Source of the DNA: Verrucomicrobiota bacterium
GTDB taxonomy: Bacteria > Verrucomicrobiota > Verrucomicrobiia > Limisphaerales > JACRJY01
Length of the DNA: 30,697 nt
Assembly (NCBI GenBank): GCA_016235585.1
Contig: JACRJY010000101.1
Coordinates: 1-30,697, forward strand
Reading direction: 5' to 3'
Shown here: piece by piece, positions 1 through 7,931 of the stretch
How positions within the stretch are numbered: the first letter of the stretch is position 1
Layout: each line of letters opens with the position of its first letter
Program-made: the position numbers and the translations under genes
The notes under the pieces: model-generated
Told to the model about the DNA's origin: nothing
The model's input: the letters and a program-made list of their open reading frames with translations, nothing else
Database searches by the model: none

Positions 1-434
1 AAGAGGAGGAAGGCGTTGGCGCAGTGGAGGGCGATGTTGACCGCGCGGAAGCCGCGCGGGTTCATGCCGTCGAGGAGGTAGTTGAGATGGAAGGTGAGAT
101 AGGCGACGGGGCGCAGGATGAAGTTGGTGGACAGGTCGCGAGGCAGCCCGATCCGCTCCGCATACGTCGCAAAGGAGGAAAAGTCGCCGCCTTGGAACAC
201 AAAACTCCGCGTGTCGTGGAGCAGCGGATTGTTCAGCAAATACATCTGGTCATCGAACACGAAGGGGAAGGACAAGGTGTGCCCGTAGAGCAACAGGCCG
301 ATGCCACCGAAGCCGCACAAAACAACAAGGCGAAACCCAAAGTCGTTCCAAAGCCTGTCAGTCGAATGAGGGATGGCCGGCTGCGATGCAGCGGACGCGT
401 CACCCGCCAAAGGCAGGTGGCTTCCCGGTCGCAT
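1..434 (-). CDS. TMTC-like / DUF1736-family (PMT_2-type) multi-pass membrane protein, N-terminal portion; gene continues past window start
   Basis: Manual minus-strand translation of 1..587 gives a continuous open frame: ...MRPGSHLPLAGDASAASQPAIPHSTDRLWNDFGFRLVVLCGFGGIGLLLYGHTLSFPFVFDDQMYLLNNPLLHDTRSFVFQGGDFSSFATYAERIGLPRDLSTNFILRPVAYLTFHLNYLLDGMNPRGFRAVNIALHCANAFLLL... The motifs 'FVFDDQ.Y...NP', 'RP+..L+F.LNY.L.G.NP.G+H..N+.LH..NA.L' are the DUF1736 signature of bacterial TMTC/TPR-glycosyltransferase-like proteins. ATG at 434-432; in-frame alternatives at about 510 and 587-585, with an upstream stop at 602-600. The plus ORFs 24..548 and 373..741 are antisense artefacts. Confidence 0.6.
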   Translation of the reverse strand, partial: MRPGSHLPLAGDASAASQPAIPHSTDRLWNDFGFRLVVLCGFGGIGLLLYGHTLSFPFVFDDQMYLLNNPLLHDTRSFVFQGGDFSSFATYAERIGLPRDLSTNFILRPVAYLTFHLNYLLDGMNPRGFRAVNIALHCANAFLL

Positions 435-638
435 TTTCTTCAATCGCTTCACAAGCCGGCTTTCAAAATCAGCTTGCGGACGGGCACCCTCTGTGGCTGC
501 GCCAGGCTCCATCCGCTTCTCGCTGGATGGAGCCAGACTAGTGGATGACGACCCTCCGAAAAATCGGCGCGCACCCGAAACAGTCATTGGAATTATTCCT
601 TACGGCGTGTGGGGAAAATCCCCTTGGAAGCTTGCGCC

Positions 639-664
639 AAAAAAAGCGCGGGACGGCGCCGCGC
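639..664 (-). terminator. Rho-independent terminator after the response-regulator gene (minus strand)
   Basis: On the minus strand, directly after the TGA of the regulator gene (671-673): stem GCGCGG (651-646) / CCGCGC (664-659) with a 7-nt loop, followed by a T7 run (plus-strand A7 at 639-645). Confidence 0.5.
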
Positions 665-670
665 CCCGGC

Positions 671-1345
671 TCAAATCTCGCCGGTCTGGAATGTCCACCG
701 GATGGCCCGCTGCAGCAGATCGGCGCCGGAGGAGCAGTTGAGCTTGAGCTTGATGTTGGCGCGGTGGGCCTCGACCGTCTTGATGCTGATGTGCAGGCGT
801 TCGGAGATTTGCTGCGCGCTGAATCCCTTTCCGACCAGCCCCAGCACCTCCAGCTCGCGGTCGGTCAGGGCGTTGAACTCCGCACTGCGGGAATTTTCGC
901 TTCCGCCGGTGAACTTGTTGAGGATGCTGCCCGTGATGGACTTGCTTACATACACCCCGCCGTCAAGCACGCACCGGATGGCGTCCAAAACCTTGTCGGA
1001 CGCCTCGCGCTTCATGATGTAGCCGCGGGCCCCGGCGTGGAGCGCCCGCTCGGCATAGACGGATTCATCGTGCATGGACAGCACGAGAATCAACACGCCG
1101 GGAAAGCGCACTTTGAGATCCTTGATCAATTCCATCCCGCGCTCATTCTTCAGGGAAACATCCACGACCGCCAGATCGGGCTGCGACTCCGCAGCGGCCT
1201 TGAGGGCGCCGGCGCGATCCTCCGCCTCGCCGCACACGGTGAGATCGGCCTGCTGGTTGACGAGCTGGCTGATGCCCTGCCGCAACAGCGGGTGGTCGTC
1301 CACCAGCAGGATTCGTTTCTTCGATCTGGATTTCTCGTGGGGCAT
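671..1345 (-). CDS. Two-component response regulator, NarL/FixJ family (REC + LuxR-type HTH)
   Basis: MPHEKSRSKKRILLVDDHPLLRQG...DLAVVDVSL (receiver domain with the phospho-acceptor Asp context) and ...LTDRELEVLGLVGKGFSAQQISERLHISIKTVEAHRANIKLKL (LuxR/GerE HTH). ATG at 1345-1343 chosen as start. The track ORF extends to 1510 but its first 55 aa are a Pro/Arg-rich extension overlapping the upstream kinase gene. Lies 11 nt downstream of the kinase stop, so an operon. Confidence 0.85.
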   Translation of the reverse strand: MPHEKSRSKKRILLVDDHPLLRQGISQLVNQQADLTVCGEAEDRAGALKAAAESQPDLAVVDVSLKNERGMELIKDLKVRFPGVLILVLSMHDESVYAERALHAGARGYIMKREASDKVLDAIRCVLDGGVYVSKSITGSILNKFTGGSENSRSAEFNALTDRELEVLGLVGKGFSAQQISERLHISIKTVEAHRANIKLKLNCSSGADLLQRAIRWTFQTGEI

Positions 1346-1356
1346 GAAGCGCCGCT

Positions 1357-2637
1357 TCAATCTAGTGAACTCCGGGGCAGCACGCAAGCCACGACCGTGC
1401 CGCACGGGTCTCCGCGCCGGACTTCGATCCGTCCCCCAATGGTGCGGGCGCGGTAGTCCATGATCTCCAGGCCCAGCCCTTTTCGGGGGCGGAGCTCCGG
1501 GATGCCGCACCCGTCGTCGCTCACCGTCAAGGTGATGTTATTGCTGTTGTCGTCGGGTTCCAAGGCGAGCTTGACGGCCTTGGCACCGGAATGGCGGAGG
1601 GCGTTTTGAACGGCCTCCTGCGCGATGCGGTAGAGATTGGTGGCCGCCACCTGATTCGCGATGGGAACGGGCCGCGCGCAATCAAAGTCACATGAGAGCC
1701 TGCCGGTCTTTCGCACGATGTCGGCCAGCTCCCGCAACGCCATCATCAGCCCGGCCGGCTCGTCAATCACCGGATGCAGGCCGCGCGTGACCTGCCGCAC
1801 CTGCTCGATGCTGTCGTTGATCAGCCGGGTGATCTGCGCCGCCTCCTTTTCCTCCTCCGCCAGCCGGCCGGTGAGTTTGTGCTGCAGGCTGCGGCTGAAG
1901 AGGGAGATGCCGGTCAGTTGCTGGCACACGCCGTCGTGCAAATCCTGCCCGATGCGGCGCTGCTCGCGCTCGCTGATGTCCAGCACCTCCTTCTCAAGCC
2001 GCTCGCGATGGGCGATGTCCACGTAAAGAAAGGCGGTGCTCGTGGCCGCGAGGAGCACCGCGAACAGGCCGCCCAAAATGACCGCCAGCCCTGTGCGCCG
2101 GGCCAGGGTGTTCGCGTAGTGCTCGCGCTCCGCGAGAAATTGCTGCTGCAGGTTCTCGATCTTCGCGGCCACCTGCCGGAGTTCGTCCATCACCTCCTTG
2201 CCCGGCCCGGTCACGCCCAGCGCCGCCTCAAAGCCTTCCAGCCTCCGCGTCTCCACGGTGATCTTCAGCCGGCCCAGGCGCTCGCGCGCCAGCCTTTCCA
2301 AATCGGTGAGATATTTCCGGCCCTGCGGGCTGCGCACCAGGGCGCGCAAGTTCTTCAAGTCCTCCTCCACCAGGCTGATGGTCGAGCGATAGAGGCTCAA
2401 GTAGCGCTCGCTGCCCGTGATGACGTAGCCCCGGGCCTCGCTCTCCGCGCTCACAATGTCCGCCAGCGTGTCCCGCAAAACCGAGATGGTTTTCAGGGTG
2501 CGGGCGACATTCTCGGCGGACTCGGCAAACTGGACGGTGCTGCGATAGGAGACGAGGCCGATGCCCGCCAAAACGAGGATCGCCAGCGAGAATCCAATCG
2601 CAATCTTCCGGCCCGGGCTGATGGTAATTTGGGTCAT
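1357..2637 (-). CDS. Sensor histidine kinase with periplasmic CHASE3 domain, HisKA_3 (NarX-type) dimerisation domain and HATPase_c
   Basis: MTQITISPGRKIAIGFSLAILVLAGIGLVSYRS (TM1), then a CHASE3-like region (...RYLSLYRSTISLVEEDLKNLRALV...), TM2 (GLAVILGGLFAVLLAATSTAFLYV), H-box ERRIGQDLHDGVCQQLTGI typical of HisKA_3, then ...ITLTVSDDGCGIP...GLGLEIMDYRA (ATPase G-boxes). Start set to the ATG at 2637-2635. The track start at 2721 would overlap the upstream gene by 53 nt. Confidence 0.8.
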   Translation of the reverse strand: MTQITISPGRKIAIGFSLAILVLAGIGLVSYRSTVQFAESAENVARTLKTISVLRDTLADIVSAESEARGYVITGSERYLSLYRSTISLVEEDLKNLRALVRSPQGRKYLTDLERLARERLGRLKITVETRRLEGFEAALGVTGPGKEVMDELRQVAAKIENLQQQFLAEREHYANTLARRTGLAVILGGLFAVLLAATSTAFLYVDIAHRERLEKEVLDISEREQRRIGQDLHDGVCQQLTGISLFSRSLQHKLTGRLAEEEKEAAQITRLINDSIEQVRQVTRGLHPVIDEPAGLMMALRELADIVRKTGRLSCDFDCARPVPIANQVAATNLYRIAQEAVQNALRHSGAKAVKLALEPDDNSNNITLTVSDDGCGIPELRPRKGLGLEIMDYRARTIGGRIEVRRGDPCGTVVACVLPRSSLD

Positions 2638-2668
2638 GCGCCAGACAACTTGAAAAATCCGCCGCCTG

Positions 2669-4219
2669 CTATCCGCTTCGTTCACCGCGATGCGAGGCAT
2701 TAACCAGCCCCAGCACTTCATCCAGTCTTCCCGTCACGACATGGTTGGCCGCCCGCCGGACGCGCTCCGACTTCGGCTGGAAGGCCACGGACAAGCCGGC
2801 GGCGCGCAACATTCCAATGTCATTCTCACCATCGCCGACCGCCAGCACCGCTCGCGCGGTGATGCCCATGCGCCGGGTGAGAAATCGCAAGGTGTTCAGC
2901 TTGTCGTAAGCCAGCCGGCCTTTGCGCCCGCTGCGCATCGTCGGGGCGAGGGTGAGCACCCCGGTCGCCGATTCGCGCCGGAATTCCAGCACGTTTGCCA
3001 GCGCAAAATCCGCGAAGACGCGCCGCCGCACGATCTCGGCGGCAAGGTGGTAACTGTCGCTCACGACGCCGACGCGATAGCCCAGCTTGCGCAGGCCGAC
3101 GACGGTTTCGACCGCGCCAGGGATGAGCGGCAGTTCCCGGGCGGTGCGTTCGAAGACCTCCTTCTTCACTCCCCGAAAGATGCCGGCGATGCGTCGGGCG
3201 CGGGTTTCGGGCGTGAGGTCGTAGCGGTCAAGATACTTCGCCAGCTTCGCCGCGCGCCCCGCGCGCCGGGCGAGTTCGACGATGAAGCGCCCGTTCAGCA
3301 GCGTCCCATCCATGTCGAAGAGGGCCAGCCGTTCCACCACGCCGACTTGCGAGAGAATGCGTTCGGGATGGGCGCGATCAATCCGCTCCCGCTCGCGCGC
3401 CTGGCGGACATAGGTGAGGCGAACCCGTCCCAGCACTGCGGCGCGCTCCAGGATCGCGCGGGCGACCTGGGTGGCCATTTCACCAAGGCGATCCAAATCC
3501 TGGCTGTCGTGCTCGATGTGGCCGATGTCCACCTCCGTGAGGCGGGCGCCCAGCGCGTGCGCATCAATCAGCAAACCAATGTCCACGCCATAATCGTTCT
3601 CAAAGTTCAAGCGATGGAGCAGTTCCCTGCGGACCGCGATGACGCCGCCCAGCGGCTGCTCGAACGATGCCAGTTCCGGGAAATAGGTTCGCAGCAGCGG
3701 CCGGGCGGTGAGCACGGTGACGCGGCCCGCGCGGCGCGAAAAGCTCGCTTTTGAAAAGTCCGCTTCGCCGCGCAACACCGGCTCAACCATCACCCCGACC
3801 AGATCCTTGCGCAGTCCCGCCAGGTCGCCATCCAGATAGAGCAGCGTTTGATGGCGCGCGGCCAGCAAACCGTCCTGCATGGATGCCCCCTTGCCGAGCA
3901 GGGTGCTGGTGATGACCCGGGCGCCCGCCTCCTGGGCCAGTTCCGGCGTGCCATCAATCGAGCCGTCGTCCACGACGATGACTTCGCCGACCAGCGGGCT
4001 GCGCAGCGCAAGCCGGATCACCGAGGCGATGCGCTCGGACTCGTTCAGCACGGGAATGACGACTGAAACAAACCGATCCTCTGGTTTTTGGGGCCAGTCA
4101 AACTGCGGCAACGCATGAACAAGTTCGCTGCGCGGTTCAACTCCCCGTCCAGACAGAGAACCCTTCCGGGATGATTTCTTGCGTGGCATGACGTTCCGCA
4201 CCATACCGCGACGAATCAC
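2669..4219 (-). CDS. Predicted bifunctional glucosyl-3-phosphoglycerate synthase-like glycosyltransferase (GT81/GT2 fold) fused to a C-terminal HAD-IB (SerB-like) phosphatase
   Basis: N-terminal half: FVSVVIPVLNESERIASVIRLAL...VGEVIVVDDGSIDGT...GKG...YLDGDL...GGRVTVLTARPLL..FPEL....QPLGGVIAVRRELL....F...YGVDIGLLID...LG.....VDIG...H....L..L..MA.QVA. This aligns by eye with mycobacterial GpgS (GKG, GGRVTELVARPLL, LQPLGGEYAGTRELL, GYGVEIGLLVD, MSRQV). C-terminal half: HAD motifs I LALFDMDGTLL, II VGVVSDS, III K (GRKGRLAYDK), IV GDGENDIGML. Confidence 0.8.
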   Translation of the reverse strand: MIRRGMVRNVMPRKKSSRKGSLSGRGVEPRSELVHALPQFDWPQKPEDRFVSVVIPVLNESERIASVIRLALRSPLVGEVIVVDDGSIDGTPELAQEAGARVITSTLLGKGASMQDGLLAARHQTLLYLDGDLAGLRKDLVGVMVEPVLRGEADFSKASFSRRAGRVTVLTARPLLRTYFPELASFEQPLGGVIAVRRELLHRLNFENDYGVDIGLLIDAHALGARLTEVDIGHIEHDSQDLDRLGEMATQVARAILERAAVLGRVRLTYVRQARERERIDRAHPERILSQVGVVERLALFDMDGTLLNGRFIVELARRAGRAAKLAKYLDRYDLTPETRARRIAGIFRGVKKEVFERTARELPLIPGAVETVVGLRKLGYRVGVVSDSYHLAAEIVRRRVFADFALANVLEFRRESATGVLTLAPTMRSGRKGRLAYDKLNTLRFLTRRMGITARAVLAVGDGENDIGMLRAAGLSVAFQPKSERVRRAANHVVTGRLDEVLGLVNASHRGERSG

Positions 4220-4400
4220 GCGCCGACAAACAAAAGTTGCCGGCCGGCAGCGATCCGGCGGGCTGACTCCGGGCCGCCGGTCGTGATCTGGGGGAGAACG
4301 GGCGGCTCACTGGTGAGAAGCGACCGCTCATTTTGCGCCTCGTCGGTTGGAGAAATGTGAAAAGTATCTGCCCCAAAAAAACGCCGCCGCGAAAGCAGAA

Positions 4401-4916
4401 CTACCGCCCCTTCACCCGCCGCATCGTGGCGCGCTTCATCTCGCGGTCGGCGTCGCGCTTCTTGATGTCCTCGCGTTTGTCGTGGGCGACCTTGCCCTTG
4501 CCGACGCCGAGCAGAACCTTCACCTTGCCGTTCTTCCAGTAGAAGGAGAGCGGGACGATGACGTGGCCGGCGACGGCGGCCAGCTCGAAGAGCTTGCGGA
4601 TTTCGCTCCGGTGCAGGAGCAGCTTGCGGAGGGACTTGGGCTGGTGGTTCTCGCGGTTGCCGTGGCTGTATTCGTCAATGTGCGCGTTGTGGAGAAAAAC
4701 CTCGCCGCGCTCCACGCGCGCAAAGGCGTCGCTGATCTGCCCGCGTCCGGCGCGCAGCGACTTGACCTCGGTGCCGTGCAGGACGATGCCCGCCTCGAGC
4801 GTTTCCAAAATGTGGTAGTCCCGGCGGGCCTTCGAGTTGGTGAGGATGTCGGCCACGGGAAAAAGCCGGAGGGAACTCCGGTGGGAAGGGGGCGGCGTGC
4901 CGGAAGCGCGCCGCAC
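4401..4916 (-). CDS. smpB: SsrA-binding protein SmpB
   Basis: ILTNSKARRDYHILETLEAGIVLHGTEVKSLRAGRGQISDAFARVERGEVFLHNAHIDEY...HQPKSLRKLLLHRSEIRKL...VIVPLSFYWKNGKVKVLLGVGKGKVAHDKREDIKKRDADREMKRA is collinear with E. coli SmpB (NKRARHEYFIEE..GWEVKSLRAGKANISDSYV...[35 protein letters not shown]). The ATG at 4916 gives a 20-aa N-terminal extension. A GTG at 4856 (VADILTN...) may be the true start. Confidence 0.85.
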   Translation of the reverse strand: MRRASGTPPPSHRSSLRLFPVADILTNSKARRDYHILETLEAGIVLHGTEVKSLRAGRGQISDAFARVERGEVFLHNAHIDEYSHGNRENHQPKSLRKLLLHRSEIRKLFELAAVAGHVIVPLSFYWKNGKVKVLLGVGKGKVAHDKREDIKKRDADREMKRATMRRVKGR

Positions 4917-4926
4917 AAAGAACGGC

Positions 4927-5184
4927 TTAACTGCTGCTCTTGCGGCGGCGCTTGACCGGCGCTTCGGCGGGCTTGGCCTCGGCCATTTCCCAGCCCATCT
5001 TCTCGTCGTTCAACTCGACGAGCGCGATGTCCGCCGCGCCCAGGCCGGCGGTCTCGATGATCAGCGGGCGGCTGCCCGCGCCGCCGCCGGAGTTGAGCTG
5101 GCGCACGCGGCGCGAAACGAGGTTGATGAGCACGTTGGGGTTGCCCACCTTCTGCAGCGCCTGTTTGACGTATTCGGAGTTCAT
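4927..5184 (-). CDS. rpoZ: DNA-directed RNA polymerase subunit omega
   Basis: MNSEYVKQALQKVGNPNVLINLVSRRVRQLNSGG..RPLIIE....DIALVELNDEK matches the RpoZ core (E. coli [26 protein letters not shown]). ATG at 5184-5182. The longer track ORF, which runs up to 5244, has no support. Confidence 0.75.
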   Translation of the reverse strand: MNSEYVKQALQKVGNPNVLINLVSRRVRQLNSGGGAGSRPLIIETAGLGAADIALVELNDEKMGWEMAEAKPAEAPVKRRRKSSS

Positions 5185-5324
5185 AGGGTTCGTGCCGTTC
5201 ACCGGCAGGGCTGGGGAGAATAGGGCTTGACCGCCCCGGTGCAATAGAAATTTTTGCCCATGCGAATTGACTTTCCGGCCTCTCCTTGGGTAACACCCTC
5301 GTTTAAGTTACGGCACCGTCCAGC

Positions 5325-6470
5325 ATGCTTTCAAAAATGCCCAGTCCGCGCCTAGCCCGGCTCTCGTTGCGACTCGTTCTGTTGAGCGCCGCGCTCTCGG
5401 CGCTCTCCGTCTGGGCCTGCTCGGTGCCGGTGTTCCGCTACGCGCTGGAAAAATGGCCGGCGGATCCGTATCAGGCCGTCGTGTTTCATCGCGGGCCGCT
5501 TTCGGAGGCCCAGCGCGCCGTGGCCGGCAATCTCGGCACGAACGGACTGGCTGGGCAGCTTCACGCGAACCTTTCCCTGCGGCTGGTGGATTTGGAGCAG
5601 AATCCGAAACCGGAGTTGCTCGAACTGTGGCGGCAGTCGGGCGGCGGCACGTTGCCCTGGCTGGCGGTGAGGTATCCGCTGGCGATGCGTTCGCCGGGGA
5701 CAGTCTGGGCCGGCCCGCTCGCGGAGACGGCGATTCAGCCGCTGCTTGATTCCCCTGTCCGCAAGGAAATCACCGAACGGCTGGTGGAGGGCCAGAGCGC
5801 CGTCTGGGTGCTGCTGGAAAGCGGCGACCGCGCCCGCGATGACGCCGCCGCCGCGCTGCTCGAACCGCGCCTCGCCTATCTCGCCGCCACGCTCAAGGTG
5901 CCGAAACTGTCCGAGGAGGACATTGCCAAGAAGCTGGTCTCCGTGCCGGAGTCGGAGCTGCGGGTGGAGTTCTCGCTGCTGCGCCTGGCGCGCGGCGACC
6001 CGGCGGAACAGCCGTTCATCCAGATGCTGCTGGGCCTGGAGGCGGATCTCAAGGAGGCCGCCGAGCCAATCGTTTTTCCCGTTTTCGGGCGGGGCCGCGT
6101 CCTGTATGCGCTCGTCGGCAAGGGGATCAAACACGAGACGATTGATCAGGCGGCGATGTTTCTCATCGGGCGGTGCTCCTGCGAAATCAAGGAGAAGAAT
6201 CCCGGCGGCGATTTGCTGCTGGCGGCGGACTGGGACACGCTGGTGAAGTCGCAGTTTATTCCCGACCGAGATTTGCCGTCGCTGGCCGCCCTGGCGAAGT
6301 CCGGCCCCGTGACCGTGACCATCTCCGGCGGCGCGGACGCGGGAGCGGCGCCGGATACCGCGCGCCGCGCCCGCCCAACGCTGGCAACCATGGTGGCGGG
6401 CGGCATCGCCGTCGCCGGGCTGGTTCTTACGGGGATTCTTTGGTGGCGGCGAAGGCAGACTGCCAGCTAG
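5325..6470 (+). CDS. Hypothetical exported protein with N-terminal signal peptide and C-terminal transmembrane anchor
   Basis: N-terminus MLSKMPSPRLARLSLRLVLLSAALSALSVWA|CSV is a Sec signal (possibly a lipoprotein Cys). Hydrophilic body with Leu/Ala/Glu-rich segments. C-terminal TMVAGGIAVAGLVLTGILWWRRRQ is a TM helix plus basic tail. No family recognised by eye. Divergent from rpoZ, sharing an 80-nt promoter region. Confidence 0.6.
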   Translation: MLSKMPSPRLARLSLRLVLLSAALSALSVWACSVPVFRYALEKWPADPYQAVVFHRGPLSEAQRAVAGNLGTNGLAGQLHANLSLRLVDLEQNPKPELLELWRQSGGGTLPWLAVRYPLAMRSPGTVWAGPLAETAIQPLLDSPVRKEITERLVEGQSAVWVLLESGDRARDDAAAALLEPRLAYLAATLKVPKLSEEDIAKKLVSVPESELRVEFSLLRLARGDPAEQPFIQMLLGLEADLKEAAEPIVFPVFGRGRVLYALVGKGIKHETIDQAAMFLIGRCSCEIKEKNPGGDLLLAADWDTLVKSQFIPDRDLPSLAALAKSGPVTVTISGGADAGAAPDTARRARPTLATMVAGGIAVAGLVLTGILWWRRRQTAS

Positions 6471-7000
6471 TTTTTCGGCTCCGTTGGCGGGCGGGGCGTG
6501 GAAGGGGCGGGGTTGTTGGAAATGGCGGCGGAAGGCACGGCCCCGGGAGAGGCCATCTTTTGCTTCTTGGGAATTTTGTCGCCGCCCTTGCGCGGCAGGC
6601 GCGGCTTCATCACCTCGTCAAACTTCTTCGCCTGCTCCGGGGTGAGCTTGGCGCGGATTTCGCCGTTCAGGCGCGCGGTCTCGGCCTGGATTTGCGGGGC
6701 GATTTTTTCGCGGATGACCCGGGTGCGCTTGTGGCTGTCATCGAGGACTTTTTCCACGGCCTCGTATTGCTCCGGTTTGAAGCGAAGCTGGCGGTCGAGT
6801 TTTTGGAGGAAATCAATCTTCTGGTTGTTGCCGCCGACGATGGGCATGGGGGGCAACGCCGTGTTCGTGCCGGGCGAGGCAATTTTCGGGGTGGCGGGCG
6901 GCGGGTTGATCTGCCGGTCGAGCTTGAGGATGAGCGCGCCGGTCATCACGCCCGCGCCGTAGATGACCAGCGTGGCGAGGATGACTCTCCAAGTCTTCAC
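6467..7000 (-). CDS. Periplasmic LTXXQ-motif protein (Spy/CpxP/ZraP-like envelope-stress protein)
   Basis: Signal anchor MKTWRVILATLVIYGAGVMTGALIL, then two LTXXQ-type motifs (RFKPEQYEAVEKV, KLTPEQAKKFDEVMK) and a Pro/Lys-rich tail. It is the last gene of the ECF sigma operon. Its stop overlaps the convergent gene's stop (CTAG at 6467-6470). Confidence 0.7.
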   Translation of the reverse strand: MKTWRVILATLVIYGAGVMTGALILKLDRQINPPPATPKIASPGTNTALPPMPIVGGNNQKIDFLQKLDRQLRFKPEQYEAVEKVLDDSHKRTRVIREKIAPQIQAETARLNGEIRAKLTPEQAKKFDEVMKPRLPRKGGDKIPKKQKMASPGAVPSAAISNNPAPSTPRPPTEPKN

Positions 7001-7014
7001 CGGGCTTCAGCGGG

Positions 7015-7314
7015 TTAGTCTCCCGGCTGGTTGACCGCGAAGAACACGGTGTTCTCCAGGTCTTGGGAAAGATTCTCGGCGGGGTCGGCCTCGCGCGGCA
7101 GGGCGGCGGCGAGAATCGCCAGCGCCAGCATCAGGCCGACGCACGGCGCGGCGGCGCGCCAGAGCGCGCGGCCCCACAGCACGAGGCTGTCCGCCGGCAG
7201 CGGCACGGCGAGGCGCGCCATGATGCGCTTCTCAAACGCGTAGGGGACGCGGGCGGACGGCGGATTGGCTTTCGCCAGCGCCACGATTTTATTGTGCAGT
7301 TCGGTCGGATTCAT
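7015..7314 (-). CDS. Putative anti-sigma factor / small single-pass membrane protein
   Basis: 99 aa: MNPTELHNKIVALAKANPP...RIMARLAVPLPADSLVLWGRALWRAAAPCVGLMLALAILAAALPREADPAENLSQDL... with one TM. It sits 41 nt downstream of the ECF sigma gene and immediately upstream of the LTXXQ gene. ATG at 7314-7312. The 5' two-thirds of track ORF 7015..7950 is an out-of-frame read-through of the sigma gene. Confidence 0.5.
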   Translation of the reverse strand: MNPTELHNKIVALAKANPPSARVPYAFEKRIMARLAVPLPADSLVLWGRALWRAAAPCVGLMLALAILAAALPREADPAENLSQDLENTVFFAVNQPGD

Positions 7315-7355
7315 AACCAGCAGTGTCGGGTCAGACGCAATGCCGCGCGGACGGG

Positions 7356-7931
7356 TTACATATTCTTTTGGCGCAGCATTTTTTCCAGAACTTTTCTCAT
7401 CTGCGCGCGCGCGCGGAAGGCGCGCACCTTCACCAGCGGCGTGGACCAGCCGGTCAGCGCGGCGATTTCCTTCACGGAGCGGTCCTCGATTTCGAGCAGC
7501 GTGAGGATGAGCCGGGCGTCGGGCGTGAGCTGCGCCATGACCTGCTCGACAAGTTCGCGCGCGTGCTTGGCGGCCTCGGCGCTTTCGGGCGAGGCGGTGT
7601 TGTAGCGGTCGAGCCACGACGTGTCCTCGGTGGCAAAATCGGTGAAGGCCGTCTCGCGGTTGCGCTGGTGCTCGCGGAGGAAGTCGTAGCACGTCCGCAC
7701 GGCCAGCCGCATGAGCCAGTGCTCGAAGGGCGCCTCGCCGCGAAAGCTGCCGAGTTTCTGGAACGCCTTGATGAAGACCTCCTGCACGATGTCCTCCACC
7801 TCGCTCTCGCGGCGGGCGTAGCGGCGCGCGGTGGCGAAGACGCGCGGCTGGTATTTGGCGACAAGCGGTTCGAAGCTCGCCGTGTCGCCTTTCAACACGG
7901 CGGCAATCAAATCCGCATCGCTGGGTTCCAT
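7356..7931 (-). CDS. ECF-type RNA polymerase sigma-70 factor (sigma-24/RpoE family)
   Basis: MEPSDADLIAAVLKGDTASFEPLVAKYQPRVFATARRYARRESEVEDIVQEVFIKAFQKLGSFRGEAPFEHWLMRLAVRTCYDFLR (region 2) ... LTPDARLILTLLEIEDRSVKEIAALTGWSTPLVKVRAFRARAQMRKVLE (region 4 HTH). ATG at 7931-7929. The track start at 8084 adds an unlikely 51-aa leader. Confidence 0.85.
   Translation of the reverse strand: MEPSDADLIAAVLKGDTASFEPLVAKYQPRVFATARRYARRESEVEDIVQEVFIKAFQKLGSFRGEAPFEHWLMRLAVRTCYDFLREHQRNRETAFTDFATEDTSWLDRYNTASPESAEAAKHARELVEQVMAQLTPDARLILTLLEIEDRSVKEIAALTGWSTPLVKVRAFRARAQMRKVLEKMLRQKNM

Noticed and set aside
24-1463. Plus-strand ORFs 24..548, 373..741, 545..1456, 609..1022 and 1074..1463
   Set aside because: Antisense to the well-supported DUF1736, response-regulator and kinase genes. 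Their translations are Arg/Gly/Ala-rich with no domain signatures, typical of GC-rich antisense frames.
5219-5324. TTGACC / TTGACT hexamers in the rpoZ divergent spacer as defined promoters
   Set aside because: Several -35-like hexamers occur but none has a convincing -10 partner at 16-18 nt, so there is too little to annotate as a feature.
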